NCBI GenBank assembly: GCA_965262915.1
Contig: OZ253564.1
Span: forward strand, 1,312,001 to 1,376,000
From: Candidatus Spongiisociaceae bacterium
Lineage (GTDB): Bacteria > Actinomycetota > Acidimicrobiia > Spongiisociales > Spongiisociaceae
Direction of reading: 5' to 3'
DNA length: 64,000 nucleotides
The notes under the pieces are model-generated. The model did no database searches and was not told the DNA's origin. It saw nothing but the letters and a program-made list of their open reading frames with translations. A program made the translations under genes and the position numbers. Positions 18,869 to 28,981 of the stretch are shown piece after piece (positions within the stretch are counted from its first letter, which is position 1; each line of letters starts with the position of its first letter).

Positions 18869-19513
18869 CTAGATGTCGGCACGCACGGTCCATAGATACT
18901 TGATGGCGTCGTCCTCGCTCACCACCTCCGCGTACTTGGCTTGGAGGTCGAAGAGGTTGGCCTCGTGGGGCCTGGGATCGCGGTCGCCGACCGCGTCGGC
19001 AACGACGATCGGGATGAATCCGTACTGCATGGCGTCCACTGCGGATGCCCGGACGCACCCGCTCGTGGAGAGACCCACGATGACCACCGTGTCTACACCC
19101 AGGGCCGTCAACGTAGAGGCAAGGGATGTGCCGAAGAAGGCGCTGGCGTACTGCTTGTAGATGATGATCTCGTCCCGTCCGGGCGCCAGCTCGTCCGGAA
19201 TCTCGCCTAGCGAAGATCCGGCTTCGAACACCTCCAACACAGGGATCTTGCGGTAGAAGATGCCACCGTCGACACCGCCCGGCGTGTAGATCACCTTGGT
19301 GTAGATGACCGGGATAGTGCTCTTCCGGGCCGCAGCGAGCACGCGGCCCGCGGATTGCAATGCGTTCTCCACTCCTGCGTACAGTGGTGAGTCCGGATCG
19401 AGGTAGGCGTTGACGAAGTCGATGACGAGAAGCGCCGGACGCTCTCCCGGCTCCAGGCTTCGCTTGAAACCGGCAGCCTCGTAGTCGGCGTCGAGGTCGA
19501 TGTCGGTGCTCAT
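18869..19513 (-). CDS. Isochorismatase-family amidase (N-carbamoylsarcosine amidase/maleamate amidohydrolase-like)
   Basis: ALLVIDF, KQYASAFFGT and GLSTSGCVRA motifs. Confidence 0.85.
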   Translation of the reverse strand: MSTDIDLDADYEAAGFKRSLEPGERPALLVIDFVNAYLDPDSPLYAGVENALQSAGRVLAAARKSTIPVIYTKVIYTPGGVDGGIFYRKIPVLEVFEAGSSLGEIPDELAPGRDEIIIYKQYASAFFGTSLASTLTALGVDTVVIVGLSTSGCVRASAVDAMQYGFIPIVVADAVGDRDPRPHEANLFDLQAKYAEVVSEDDAIKYLWTVRADI

Positions 19514-19611
19514 GCGTTTCTCCGTTCAGCAGGCCATCGCCGCGATCGACAGTAGCCGGGATCGCAATCCGGCTGTGCCCAGCCGCACCCTCCTAGAGTC
19601 TGGTAGCGAGT

Positions 19612-20522
19612 ATGGGTTCCAGCGGCATTCTCATCACCAAGATGCTCGGCGCCACTCTGGCGGTGCCCGAGCCTACCCGCACCGTCGAGGCCCTGGCCGA
19701 TGCCTTCGAGTGGAGGGTTCACGGCACGGGCGACCTCGACGGGCGCTGGTCCTCACTGGGCCTGGCGGGAGTCGGACTTCGTAGTCATGGGTCGTCCGGA
19801 GGCCACCCGTGGGCTGGTAAGGCTGATCCGTGCCTCGGTCACGGGAGGGCGGCGGCCGCTTACCCCGCGCATGGTCGTCGGTGGAGCCCGTGGTGCGGGA
19901 TCTCGGCGGGCTGGTGGACATGGTGGACCGGCACCCCGAGTTCGAACTCTCGAGTCCGGGTATCGAACTCGACATGAGGGACCACGGGAGCAACATCCAC
20001 CAGGCGGCGGTGGCGCGGCTGCATGACTGCCTGTTCGTGCTGACGATGGCCGTGACCCGACCGGCCGAGAGGGACTTCCCCGAGTCGCCCCCCAGGGTCG
20101 GCCATATCTTCGCCGCCCATCTCCGCTCGACCGAGGCCGATGCAGCCCGACATCTGTACACCGATGCGTTCGGGATGCGTCCGCTGATGGTGGTGAAAGG
20201 CTACGACACCTTCATACACCAGTTCTGGGGCGTTGACAGCCGTTATCCGGTACGAGTGGACGTTCTCCAGGGAGTCGCCGAGGGGCTCGGGCTGGGAGCC
20301 GTGGAGGTCCAGTCGTGGCCCCGCGGCTACCTGGGGCGGTACGTGACCGAGCCGGTACCACCCGGGATCTCGGCCGTCACCTACCAGACCCCCGATCTGC
20401 CCGTCGCTCGCTCGGCGGTTGCCCGAGCCGGCATCACGATCGTTGGCGAGGACCCCGACGGCTTCGTAGTGCGCGGAGCGGAGGGCGAACTCCTGGAGGT
20501 CATCTCGACGGTCTGGATCTGA
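19612..20522 (+). pseudogene. VOC/glyoxalase family protein, two frameshifts
   Basis: Coding signal spread over ORFs 19612, 19700 and 19830; ends VRGAEGELLEVI. Confidence 0.6.
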
Positions 20523-20543
20523 GCGACCGTTCGCGTCCGATCC

Positions 20544-21467
20544 TCAGCGGAACTGCGGCATGACCCCGGAGGCGAACTGGCGGATGGCATCCGAGTCGAA
20601 GGGCGGTCGGTTGCCGAATACGTTCAGGTTGATCTGCTCGGCGCCGGCGTCTCGGTAGGCGGCTACCTGCTCGACGACCTCGTCGACGGTTCCCAGTAGC
20701 ACCTCGTCGGGGCGCAGGTAGGACGCTCCTACCAGTTCCCGGTAGGCGTCGGCTTCCGCTCGCGTCGTTCCCATGTAGAACCCGACGTTGATGGCCCTTC
20801 CTACCTCCCGGCGGCTTCGGCCCTCCATCTCCAGGACCTCGTCGAGCCTCTCGATTCGGGCCGTGTACTCGGAAGGGGTCATGTTGTTGCCGTTGTACAC
20901 GTCGGCGTACCGGGCTGCCAGCGGAACCAGACGGACCATACCCTTGCCGCCGATCCACAGCGGGATCCGGTCCTGGATAGGACGCGGGGTGAGTGCCGCG
21001 TCATCGACCCGGAAGTGGCGTCCCCGGTAGGTGAAGCGCTCGTTATGCAGCATGCCCGGCACGACCACGCAGGCCTCTGAGAGCTGGTCGAGGCGTACTC
21101 CCGCAGTGGGGAACTCGTATCCGAAGGCGGTGTACTCGGCTTCCATCGCACCGGTACCGAGGCCCAGTTCGACCCGGCCCTTGCTCCAGCGGTCGACCGT
21201 GGCCACCGCCTTGGCGATCAGGCCGGGTGACCGGAACCCCACCGCCCACACCAGGCAGCCGATCCTGACGCGGGTCGTTTCGAGGGCCAGCGCGGTGAGC
21301 GTTGCGACCGGCTCGTAGCAGACCGGGGATCCGTCGCCGCGTGGGATCGGATAGAAGTGATCCGATGTGAAGATCGTGTCGAACCCCACGTTCTCGGCCA
21401 GCCGCCAGACGTCGACCAGATCGTCAAGCGAGCATTCCTGCTGTCCCGTATGCAGCCCGAACCGCAT
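20544..21467 (-). CDS. LLM-class (probably F420-dependent) oxidoreductase
   Basis: GFDTIFTSDHF, GRVELGLG and PLWIGG motifs. Confidence 0.9.
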   Translation of the reverse strand: MRFGLHTGQQECSLDDLVDVWRLAENVGFDTIFTSDHFYPIPRGDGSPVCYEPVATLTALALETTRVRIGCLVWAVGFRSPGLIAKAVATVDRWSKGRVELGLGTGAMEAEYTAFGYEFPTAGVRLDQLSEACVVVPGMLHNERFTYRGRHFRVDDAALTPRPIQDRIPLWIGGKGMVRLVPLAARYADVYNGNNMTPSEYTARIERLDEVLEMEGRSRREVGRAINVGFYMGTTRAEADAYRELVGASYLRPDEVLLGTVDEVVEQVAAYRDAGAEQINLNVFGNRPPFDSDAIRQFASGVMPQFR

Positions 21468-21587
21468 CGATCGACCTCCTCTTCTTCCTCGGGATGCTGG
21501 TACGGCGTGGGCATCCCGCGGCCGGCATCCCTGGCGAATCCTTGTTAGGGGGTTCCCAGCATCAGTTCCTTAGGGTACGGTAAGTGC

Positions 21588-21794
21588 ATGGAGGCCCTCT
21601 CGGATTGGATCACTCCTGCCATAGTCATCGCTGTGTCGGGCCTGTTCTGACGGCACCTCGTCCGGATCGAGCACCGGTTCGACCGGGTGGAGGATCGTCT
21701 GGATGTCCTAACCCGTGAAGTCGCGGCCAACGGCACGGCTATAGCCCGGCTCGAGGGGCGCCACGAGGGACACCCTGTTCCCGCTACCGAATAA
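21588..21794 (+). pseudogene. Small TM + coiled-coil protein with in-frame TGA at 21648
   Basis: MEALSDWITPAIVIAVSGLF*RHLVRIEHRFDRVEDRLDVLTREVAANGTAIARLEG...; not in the ORF track. Confidence 0.55.
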
Positions 21795-21836
21795 ATACTG
21801 TCAAGCCGAGACCCGGTGCGGGACTCGGCAGGCTTC

Positions 21837-22787
21837 TCAGGGCACTACCAATACGCGGCCGCGGCCACCGACGGCTGCGTAGCCGGCGGCCATTTCCTCC
21901 AGCGGGACGGTCAGGCGGACGATCGGCTTTAGTACTCCCTGCGAGATGTCTTCAAGCACCTCTGCGATGACCTCCTGGTAGCGGCCGGGAGGGGCCTGGT
22001 AGGCGTGGAAACCCATGAGGCGGTGCTGGCGGATCATCGTCAGTGGGATGGTGAAGTTGGTACTCCTTCCGGCGCTGTACCCGATCAACAGGTGCCGCGC
22101 CCTGGGCGCGCCGCACAGGATGGCGGAGTTGAGGTAGGGGGCCGCCCAAGGGGTCGATGATCACGTCGGCGCCCTTGCCGCCGGTGGCGGCCATAACCTC
22201 CGCCGTCAGGTTCTCGATGGATATCGGTATGGCGTCCAAGTCGTCGAGCGCGGAGGTGTCACGGCCCGCGGCCAGGACCGAAGCCCCGAACGCGGCGGCG
22301 ATCTGGCAGGCGGCTCTTCCTACCGATCCGGTAGCGCCGAGTACCAGCACCGTCCCGTCGGGCTGCAGTCGCCCGTAGTCGAACAGCGACTGCCGTGCGG
22401 AGATGCCTCCGCTCACGCCGGCTGCGGCCAGCATCGGGTCCACACCCTCCGGGATGGGTACTGCCGCGGCGTCGGGCACCGAAACCTGCTCCGCCATCAC
22501 TCCCGGCCGGCGGTTCCCGATGCCGAACGGCCCCCCGCCGACGTAGACGAGTCCTCCGGAGTCCAGTGTCTCCGAACTCAGGACACGCCCCACGCCCGTG
22601 GCGCCCGGCTGGATGGGGAGCGGTCCGGCGCCGGGCAGGTTCCCCATGGCGATCTGGCGGTCGAGCGGGGCTATCTCAGCGGCGATGATTCGATCAGGGT
22701 CTCCCCGACGCCGGGTTCCGGTGTTGGTATGTCGACAACAACCGGACCGGGGGGGTCGGCGAACTCGGGAATCCTCACGGCGCGCAC
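21837..22787 (-). pseudogene. NADPH:quinone oxidoreductase (MDR family), frameshifted
   Basis: AGGAGG + GTG start (VRAVRIPEF); VLGATGSVG and GKGADVIIDPLGG; C-terminus in ORF 21837-22088. Confidence 0.75.
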
Positions 22788-22802
22788 TGCGGCACCTCCT
22801 CT

Positions 22803-24263
22803 TCAGGTTGCGGGTCGCCGGATGAACCGACCCGTCGGGTTTCCGGTGATCTTCCCGTCTGCCAGGATCTGCCCCCCTCGCAGGAATACGTCTTTGACCC
22901 ATCCGGTGAGTTCGTGACCCTCGAACGGGGTGTACTCCTGGGCTGACTCAGACTCGGCTGCGGTCACCACGAACGACTTGGCCGGATCCAGCACCACCAG
23001 GTCGGCGTCCAATCCGGGAGCTATATCACCCTTGGTGTGCAGTCCGTAGCGGCGAGCCGGGTTGGCGCTCAAGAGTTCCGCGACCCGGTTGGGGGACAGC
23101 CCACGTCGCGTCCCTTCGCCGAAAACGCCTGACAGCAGGTACTCGGCCCCCCCGAATCCGGCCTTGGCCAGGAACACGTCATCGCGATCGGCAGGCGAGA
23201 ACTTCATCTCGTCCAAGCAGCAGGCATGGTCCGAAACCACCCAGTCCACGTTTCCGTCGAGCAGGTGGCGCCACAGGGCTTCGCGGTCCGCCTCGCTCCG
23301 CAGCGGAGGGTTGACCTTCCCGCCGAGGCCGCCGGCCGTGTCGTAGCTTGTCAGCAGGTGCCCCACGGTGACCTCGCGCCGGAAGTCGATGTTCTCGAAG
23401 GTAGTGGCCATCAGCATCGCCGCATCGAGGGCCTTGGCCGAAGACAGGTGCAGGAGGTTGATGGTCGCCAATCCGGTCTCGTAGGCGAGGTATGCGGCCA
23501 CCGTCACCGCCAGGCCTTCGGAGTGGGGAGGCCGTGAGGCACTGTAAGCCTCGAGGCCGGACAGAGTGGTGTCCTGTTCGACCTTCTCCGTGTAGGCGCG
23601 CATGATCTCCGCCGTCTCGCAGTGGAGAGACAGGCTGATGTTGTCGGCGATGCTGCCGAAGCGTTCCCGAGCAGCCTGGATACCCCGCATCACCTCCTCG
23701 AAGTGGGCCACGTCATAGGACTCCCCCTCGGGTGTCATGAGAAAGGACCGCTGATCGGTTGAACGTCCGTGAAGGCCGTGACCGCCGTAGAACATGAAGA
23801 TCTTGAAGGACGGTACCCCGAAGTCCTCGATAATCGACGGGATCTCCTCTACGTGCCGGCGCATCATCGGAGCTACATGGAAGCTGTAGTCGACGTAGGC
23901 CCGGTTGGCGGCCATATCCAGCGCCACTGGCAGGAACTCCGCATAGGGACCCCCCCGGTTCAGGTAGTACTGGCCGGTACGGATGTAGGTGATGCCGGTG
24001 GTCACGCCACCCTGTGCGGATGCGCGGCTCTCCGTTTCCGCGTCCACCTCGAGCGGGTTGTAGATGCCCCAGTGCTGGTGAGCATCCACGACACCCGGGA
24101 AAACCAGGAGTCCTCCCGCGTCATGGGTAGGAGCGCCGGCCGGATCGATGTTCGGCTGGAGTGCGGCGATCCTGCCATCGCGAACGGCTACATCGAGGTG
24201 TCGGACATCGGTTCGGAAAGGCCGTACGACCCTTCCGTTCTTGATGACCAGATCGTAAGGCAT
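22803..24263 (-). CDS. Cyclic amidohydrolase (allantoinase/dihydropyrimidinase-like)
   Basis: PGVVDAHQH, SFKIF, KVNPPLR, SDHA and NPARRYGL motifs. Confidence 0.85.
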   Translation of the reverse strand: MPYDLVIKNGRVVRPFRTDVRHLDVAVRDGRIAALQPNIDPAGAPTHDAGGLLVFPGVVDAHQHWGIYNPLEVDAETESRASAQGGVTTGITYIRTGQYYLNRGGPYAEFLPVALDMAANRAYVDYSFHVAPMMRRHVEEIPSIIEDFGVPSFKIFMFYGGHGLHGRSTDQRSFLMTPEGESYDVAHFEEVMRGIQAARERFGSIADNISLSLHCETAEIMRAYTEKVEQDTTLSGLEAYSASRPPHSEGLAVTVAAYLAYETGLATINLLHLSSAKALDAAMLMATTFENIDFRREVTVGHLLTSYDTAGGLGGKVNPPLRSEADREALWRHLLDGNVDWVVSDHACCLDEMKFSPADRDDVFLAKAGFGGAEYLLSGVFGEGTRRGLSPNRVAELLSANPARRYGLHTKGDIAPGLDADLVVLDPAKSFVVTAAESESAQEYTPFEGHELTGWVKDVFLRGGQILADGKITGNPTGRFIRRPAT

Positions 24264-24434
24264 CCAGCCTTCCCCTTTCACCGTGGCAGGGCGGAGGATG
24301 TGGTGAAACTAGTATGTGCTACGACCCACCGCCGAATCCGGCGGGCTTCTATCAAACAGGGCTCAGTGCAGATCCTCCGAAGGAACAACCGATCGAGACA
24401 CGGTCTGACCTCCTCAGGGTCATGCGACAGACCC

Positions 24435-25685
24435 ATGCCGACCAGCAAGCGGCTTGGCCGCCTTCCGATGCTGAGGGCCTTCCGCCATCGCGGGTTCACA
24501 ATCCTCTGGAGTTCGATGCTCCTCTACCGTCTCGGGTTCTGGATAGGTTCGATTACCTTTCAGTGGTTGGTGGCGCGCGTCACCGATAACAGCCCTTTGA
24601 TGTTGGGTCTACTGGCATTCTTCAACCTGATCCCGATGCTGTTCATAACCCCTGTGGGTGGTGTGGTGGCGGATCGGGTGGGTCGAAGTCAGATCATGGT
24701 GGTTACCCAACTCGTTATGGGTGCGTTCACCGGACTTCTCACCCTGCTGGTCGTGCTTGGTCGAGCCGACTCCGTGGTTGTCCTTTTCGCCTTCGCCTTC
24801 GTTTTCGGTGTGGTCCTCTCCTTCAACGCTCCGGCCAACCAAGCCGCGGTCGCCAACTCGGTTCCGGACTCGGACCTGAGAAGCGCTATTGCTCTCAACT
24901 CCATAGGTCTCAACCTGGCCAGGATCGGAGGTCCGGCCCTCGCAGGGCCGCTCATCCTTGCGTGGGGAGCGGGGGCCAGCTTCGGCCTATGGGCGTTGGT
25001 ATGCGTGTCAGCCGCAGTCGGAATCTCAGCCGTCACCTTGAGACCCTACGAGCGCGAACCCGATTCACTGGGCGTGATGCGCCGGATAGTTCAAGGGTTC
25101 GACCATGTGCGGGCGCGACCTCCCGCCATGCTCGCGCTCACGCTGGTCGCGGTCCTTACGATCTTCGGGCAGTCGTACTCGGCGGTCGTAGCCGTCATCG
25201 CATATGACACCCTTGGCCTCGGTGATCGGGCCTTCACGTTGTTGGTCACATTCACAGGGATCGGAGCCATGGTTGGTGCTCTGGCGGCAGGAACCGGACG
25301 GTTGCCGTCGAAGCTTCCCCGTCTTGCGATGTGGACGGTGGGCTACGCAGTGGTGCAGGCGGCTTTCGGCATGTCCCGCTCGCTTTGGATCTCGTTGGCC
25401 CTGATCGCCTGTGTAGGGGGCCTCAACTTCTTCCTGATGACCTCGCTGAACGTGCTCCTGCAGCACCTCACGGTCGAATCCAAGAGAGGAAGGGTCATGA
25501 GCCTGTTCATGCTGGCGTGGGGTGGGCTGTATCCCGTCGGGGGTCTTGCCATCGGTTTCGTCGGTGAGCTCATCTCGGTGCCGACCACCCTCGTCGTGTT
25601 CGCGGCGGTGCTCAGCGTGCTCAGCCTTTGGATCGGGTGGGTCGCCCGGTCCGCGGCCTCGACGGTTCAAGCAGGTCGGGCGTAG
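24435..25685 (+). CDS. MFS transporter
   Basis: GGVVADRVGR motif A; about 12 hydrophobic segments. Confidence 0.9.
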   Translation: MPTSKRLGRLPMLRAFRHRGFTILWSSMLLYRLGFWIGSITFQWLVARVTDNSPLMLGLLAFFNLIPMLFITPVGGVVADRVGRSQIMVVTQLVMGAFTGLLTLLVVLGRADSVVVLFAFAFVFGVVLSFNAPANQAAVANSVPDSDLRSAIALNSIGLNLARIGGPALAGPLILAWGAGASFGLWALVCVSAAVGISAVTLRPYEREPDSLGVMRRIVQGFDHVRARPPAMLALTLVAVLTIFGQSYSAVVAVIAYDTLGLGDRAFTLLVTFTGIGAMVGALAAGTGRLPSKLPRLAMWTVGYAVVQAAFGMSRSLWISLALIACVGGLNFFLMTSLNVLLQHLTVESKRGRVMSLFMLAWGGLYPVGGLAIGFVGELISVPTTLVVFAAVLSVLSLWIGWVARSAASTVQAGRA

Positions 25686-26614
25686 ATCTCCCTGAGCCTG
25701 GGATCCAGGAACGCGTAAAGGACATCGACTGCCGCGTTCAACAGTAGAAAGAAGGTCGCCAGGAACAGGGTTGCTCCGGTTGTCACCGGGATGTCCTGGT
25801 TACGGAGGGATTGCACGAGGAGCCGGCCGACGCCGGGGATCGTGAAGACCGTCTCGACGATGGCCGTTCCGCTGATCAATACCCCTACCAGCAGACCTAT
25901 CACCGTTGCTGTCGGAAGCACGGCATTGGGGAGCGCCACATGCCGCATCACCTTGCTTTCGGCCAGCCCGGCGGAGCGTCCGAACGTGACGTAGTCGCGT
26001 TGGAGGGTCTCCCGCATCGAGACCTGGAGGGTCCGGGAAACCAGCGCGACGGTTGCCAGACCGAGCACAAACGAGGGTAGGACGAGGTGCATGAGATTCC
26101 CGGCGGGATCCTCGGAGAACGGGACCCATCCACCGGCCGGAAGCAGGTCCGGCAGATACAGACCGAACAGCATCAGCAGCAGCAGCCCTAGCCAGAATCT
26201 CGGTACCGAAACCCCGATCACCGTCGCCACCCTGATCGCGATGTCCCCATACCGCCCCCTCCGGGCGGTGGCGTAGAGACCCAGTCCGAGACCGATCGAC
26301 GTTGCGGCTACGGCGGTGAAGAGAGCGAGTTCGAGGGTGGGACCGGCCCGGTCGGCGACCAGGTCGACGACCTCGGCGCCGCTCAGCCACGACCGTCCCA
26401 GGTCCCCCCGGACGAGGTTGGAAATGTAACGCCCGTACTGGACGGCCAGCGGCCGATCGAGACCCAGTTCCCGGGCGTCGAGACCCCCGAAGATCATCGC
26501 CACGTTCCCGGGTGTCAAGGAGATGAGCAGGAAGACAATGGTTGCCACCGCCCAGAGCACCAGCACCGAGGTGACGAACCGTCTCACGATGAACCGCCAG
26601 ATCAGCCCATCCAT
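25667..26614 (-). CDS. Peptide/nickel ABC transporter permease (DppB-like), no partners nearby
   Basis: GDLGRSW, EAA-like loop and VETVFTIPGVG. Confidence 0.85.
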   Translation of the reverse strand: MDGLIWRFIVRRFVTSVLVLWAVATIVFLLISLTPGNVAMIFGGLDARELGLDRPLAVQYGRYISNLVRGDLGRSWLSGAEVVDLVADRAGPTLELALFTAVAATSIGLGLGLYATARRGRYGDIAIRVATVIGVSVPRFWLGLLLLMLFGLYLPDLLPAGGWVPFSEDPAGNLMHLVLPSFVLGLATVALVSRTLQVSMRETLQRDYVTFGRSAGLAESKVMRHVALPNAVLPTATVIGLLVGVLISGTAIVETVFTIPGVGRLLVQSLRNQDIPVTTGATLFLATFFLLLNAAVDVLYAFLDPRLREIYARPA

Positions 26615-26668
26615 TGCCTCATCTTCACGGTCGGAGGACCGGCCCGCGAATCGGATCGGCGGCTTTCA

Positions 26669-27748
26669 TCACGCAGGCCGGACGTTGTGGTTCCTGAGGT
26701 GTTCCCAACGCTTGGCCTCGACCGGACCGACTCCGGTGAAGTCCTCCATGCGCTCGCTCACCGCGAACATGGTCACCCCTAGGTCCAGGTAGCGGGCGAA
26801 CTACTGGTGGAACCGATCGGGATCCGGTACTCCGGTGAGGGTGAAGTGCGGGGCGACGGCGGTCTTGGCCAGGGTGGCTGCTTTCTCTGCGGCGCCCGCA
26901 GCGGCCAGGCGGCGGATCTCCATGGCTTCCGTCCACAGGTCGCCGTGGCGCCACAGCGACTCGAACCCGGGGTGGGAGCAATGCAGGACGATGTTCTTCA
27001 GCCATGACTGCTGTCTAGCCTTCAAGAAAGGGTCGTCTATGTCGGTGAGAAAGTGGGTCTCGACGCAGACCTCGAATCCGTCGAGCGAACGACCGTTCCG
27101 TGCCGCTCCCTCCCGGATCCTGTCCCATGCCCACCTCACGTAGGTCTCGGAGGCATGCTCGAGAATCACGCCGTCCGCCCAGGCGCCTGCGATCCGTAGC
27201 ATCATCGGCCCTACGGCGGCGATGTAGATCGGGGGGATGCGGTCCGGGATCAGGTCCAGGGTGGCGTGCCGGACGCGGACGGTCTTCCCCTCATACCGCA
27301 GGGCGCCTGTCGGAGAGCGTTCGATCCCGGGAACTTCCTGGCCGAACAGTGCCCTGTACAGCTTGATGGTGTCCTCCATGCGGCTGGCCGGCCGTTTGAA
27401 CTTCAGGCCCATCACGTCTTCGACCATGTAGGGCATCGAGGCGCCCAGGCCCAGGGAGAATCGACCCCTCGACACTGCGTCGACCCAGGCCGCCCCGGAG
27501 GCGAGCAGCGTGGGGGAGTGGCCGAATACCCCCATGATCCGGGAGTTGACCTCCACACGGCTGGTTGCCTGGGCGATCAAGGTGAGTCCCGGGAAGAGCT
27601 CGCTGCGTCCGAAGTCCGCCAGGCACACCACATCGAACCCTGCCTCCTCCTGGGCGAGCGCGGTTGCGACCACATGATCCGGAGTGATCCTGCCTTCCCA
27701 CCCTGGGATGGTGAAGTGGTTTGCCTGAGTGGCGAATCGGACTGTCAA
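26669..27748 (-). pseudogene. LLM-class oxidoreductase with in-frame TAG at 26801-26803
   Basis: GFDVVCLAD, GRFSLGLG and IYIAAVGP; frame continues FARYLDLGVTMFAV... to TGA at 26669. Confidence 0.7.
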
Positions 27749-27826
27749 GGAGACCGGAACTGCCTTGTGCGGGACCAGGAGTGTACATTTCGGGGCCGAG
27801 CACCAACGTGGGTAGGGGAGGGGAGC

Positions 27827-28600
27827 GTGGAACGCCGGATCATCAGTACGAGCCTGGGGCAGGTCCATGCCGTCATCGACGGACCGGACAACGCTCCTCC
27901 GGTGGTGTTGCTGCACCAGACCCCCCGCTCGACCGACGAGTTTGCCGAGGTGGTTCCCCTGCTGTCCGGGACCCTGCGGGTCATCGCAATGGACACTCCC
28001 GGGTACGGGGCTTCCGACCACCCGCCGACGCCGCCCAGCATGGAGGACTATGCAGGGGTGGCGGCCGAGGTCCTCAAGGAAGTGGCGGATAGACCGGCCT
28101 ACGTGTGCGGGCATCACACCGGAGCGATCATCGCCGTGGAGTTCGGGGCGGCGTATCCGGAACTGACGCGAAAGGTGATCGCTTCCGGCCTGATCTACGT
28201 CGACGACGAGGTGCGCGCCGATCTCGGCCCCCGCTTCAAGCAGTGGACCGTACAGGCGGACGGGTCTCACCTGATGGCGCACTGGGAGCGCCTCTCCTAC
28301 TGGACTTCACCCGATACGGCACTGACCCAGCGCCTGCTCCTCGATGTCTACCGGGCCGGTGAGACCAGCGAGTGGGGGCACTGGGCCTGCCTCGACTACG
28401 ACATGGAGGCCCGGTTGGCCCTCGTCACCAAACCTGTTCTCATCCTCACGGGTAGGGACGATCCGTTCGTCACTCCCCGGATGATCGAACAGCTGACCGG
28501 TGCTCTCCCCGACACCGAACTGTCCTACATCGACGGCAGCGTATTCCTGCCCAACGAGAATCCCGAAGGCTTCGCCGATGCGATCCTGTCGTTCATGTGA
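27827..28600 (+). CDS. Alpha/beta-fold hydrolase with atypical GHHTG elbow
   Basis: LLHQTPRS, DTPGYGAS, CGHHTGA and PVLILTG. Confidence 0.85.
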   Translation: MERRIISTSLGQVHAVIDGPDNAPPVVLLHQTPRSTDEFAEVVPLLSGTLRVIAMDTPGYGASDHPPTPPSMEDYAGVAAEVLKEVADRPAYVCGHHTGAIIAVEFGAAYPELTRKVIASGLIYVDDEVRADLGPRFKQWTVQADGSHLMAHWERLSYWTSPDTALTQRLLLDVYRAGETSEWGHWACLDYDMEARLALVTKPVLILTGRDDPFVTPRMIEQLTGALPDTELSYIDGSVFLPNENPEGFADAILSFM

Positions 28601-28624
28601 CAACCGGAAGGGTTGGGAGGTCGC

Positions 28625-28981
28625 ATGGAACTCGATACCGCCCTCTCGATAGTTGAGGCTGCACGGCAGGCCGCCGAGGAAATCGGCATCCCGATGGCCA
28701 TCACGGTCGTCGACGCCGGCAAGCATCCCGTCGCGATGTTGCGGATGGACGGTGCCCTCCCGGTCGCGGTCGATACGGTGCTCGCGAAAGGACGCACCGC
28801 CGTGCAGTTCGGGTGCACGACCGGAGAAGTACTTGAAGCAGCCAGGACCAACCCGACCGTGTACGACTCCTTCCTCACCGCGGTGCCCGACAAGATGGTG
28901 TATTCCCGCGGCGGGATCCCGAACTCCGGGAGTCGCCGGCGGATGACTCGACGCCCTCCGGTCGGCGCGGTGTCCACCTAG
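28625..28981 (+). pseudogene. GlcG/HbpS heme-binding protein, C-terminally truncated
   Basis: AITVVD..G...LRMDGA...KGRTA...GGIP, then similarity is lost before IS1380. Confidence 0.65.

Noticed and set aside
26801-26803. Pyrrolysine/TAG readthrough
   Set aside because: No methylamine methyltransferase context; TGG-to-TAG mutation is simpler.
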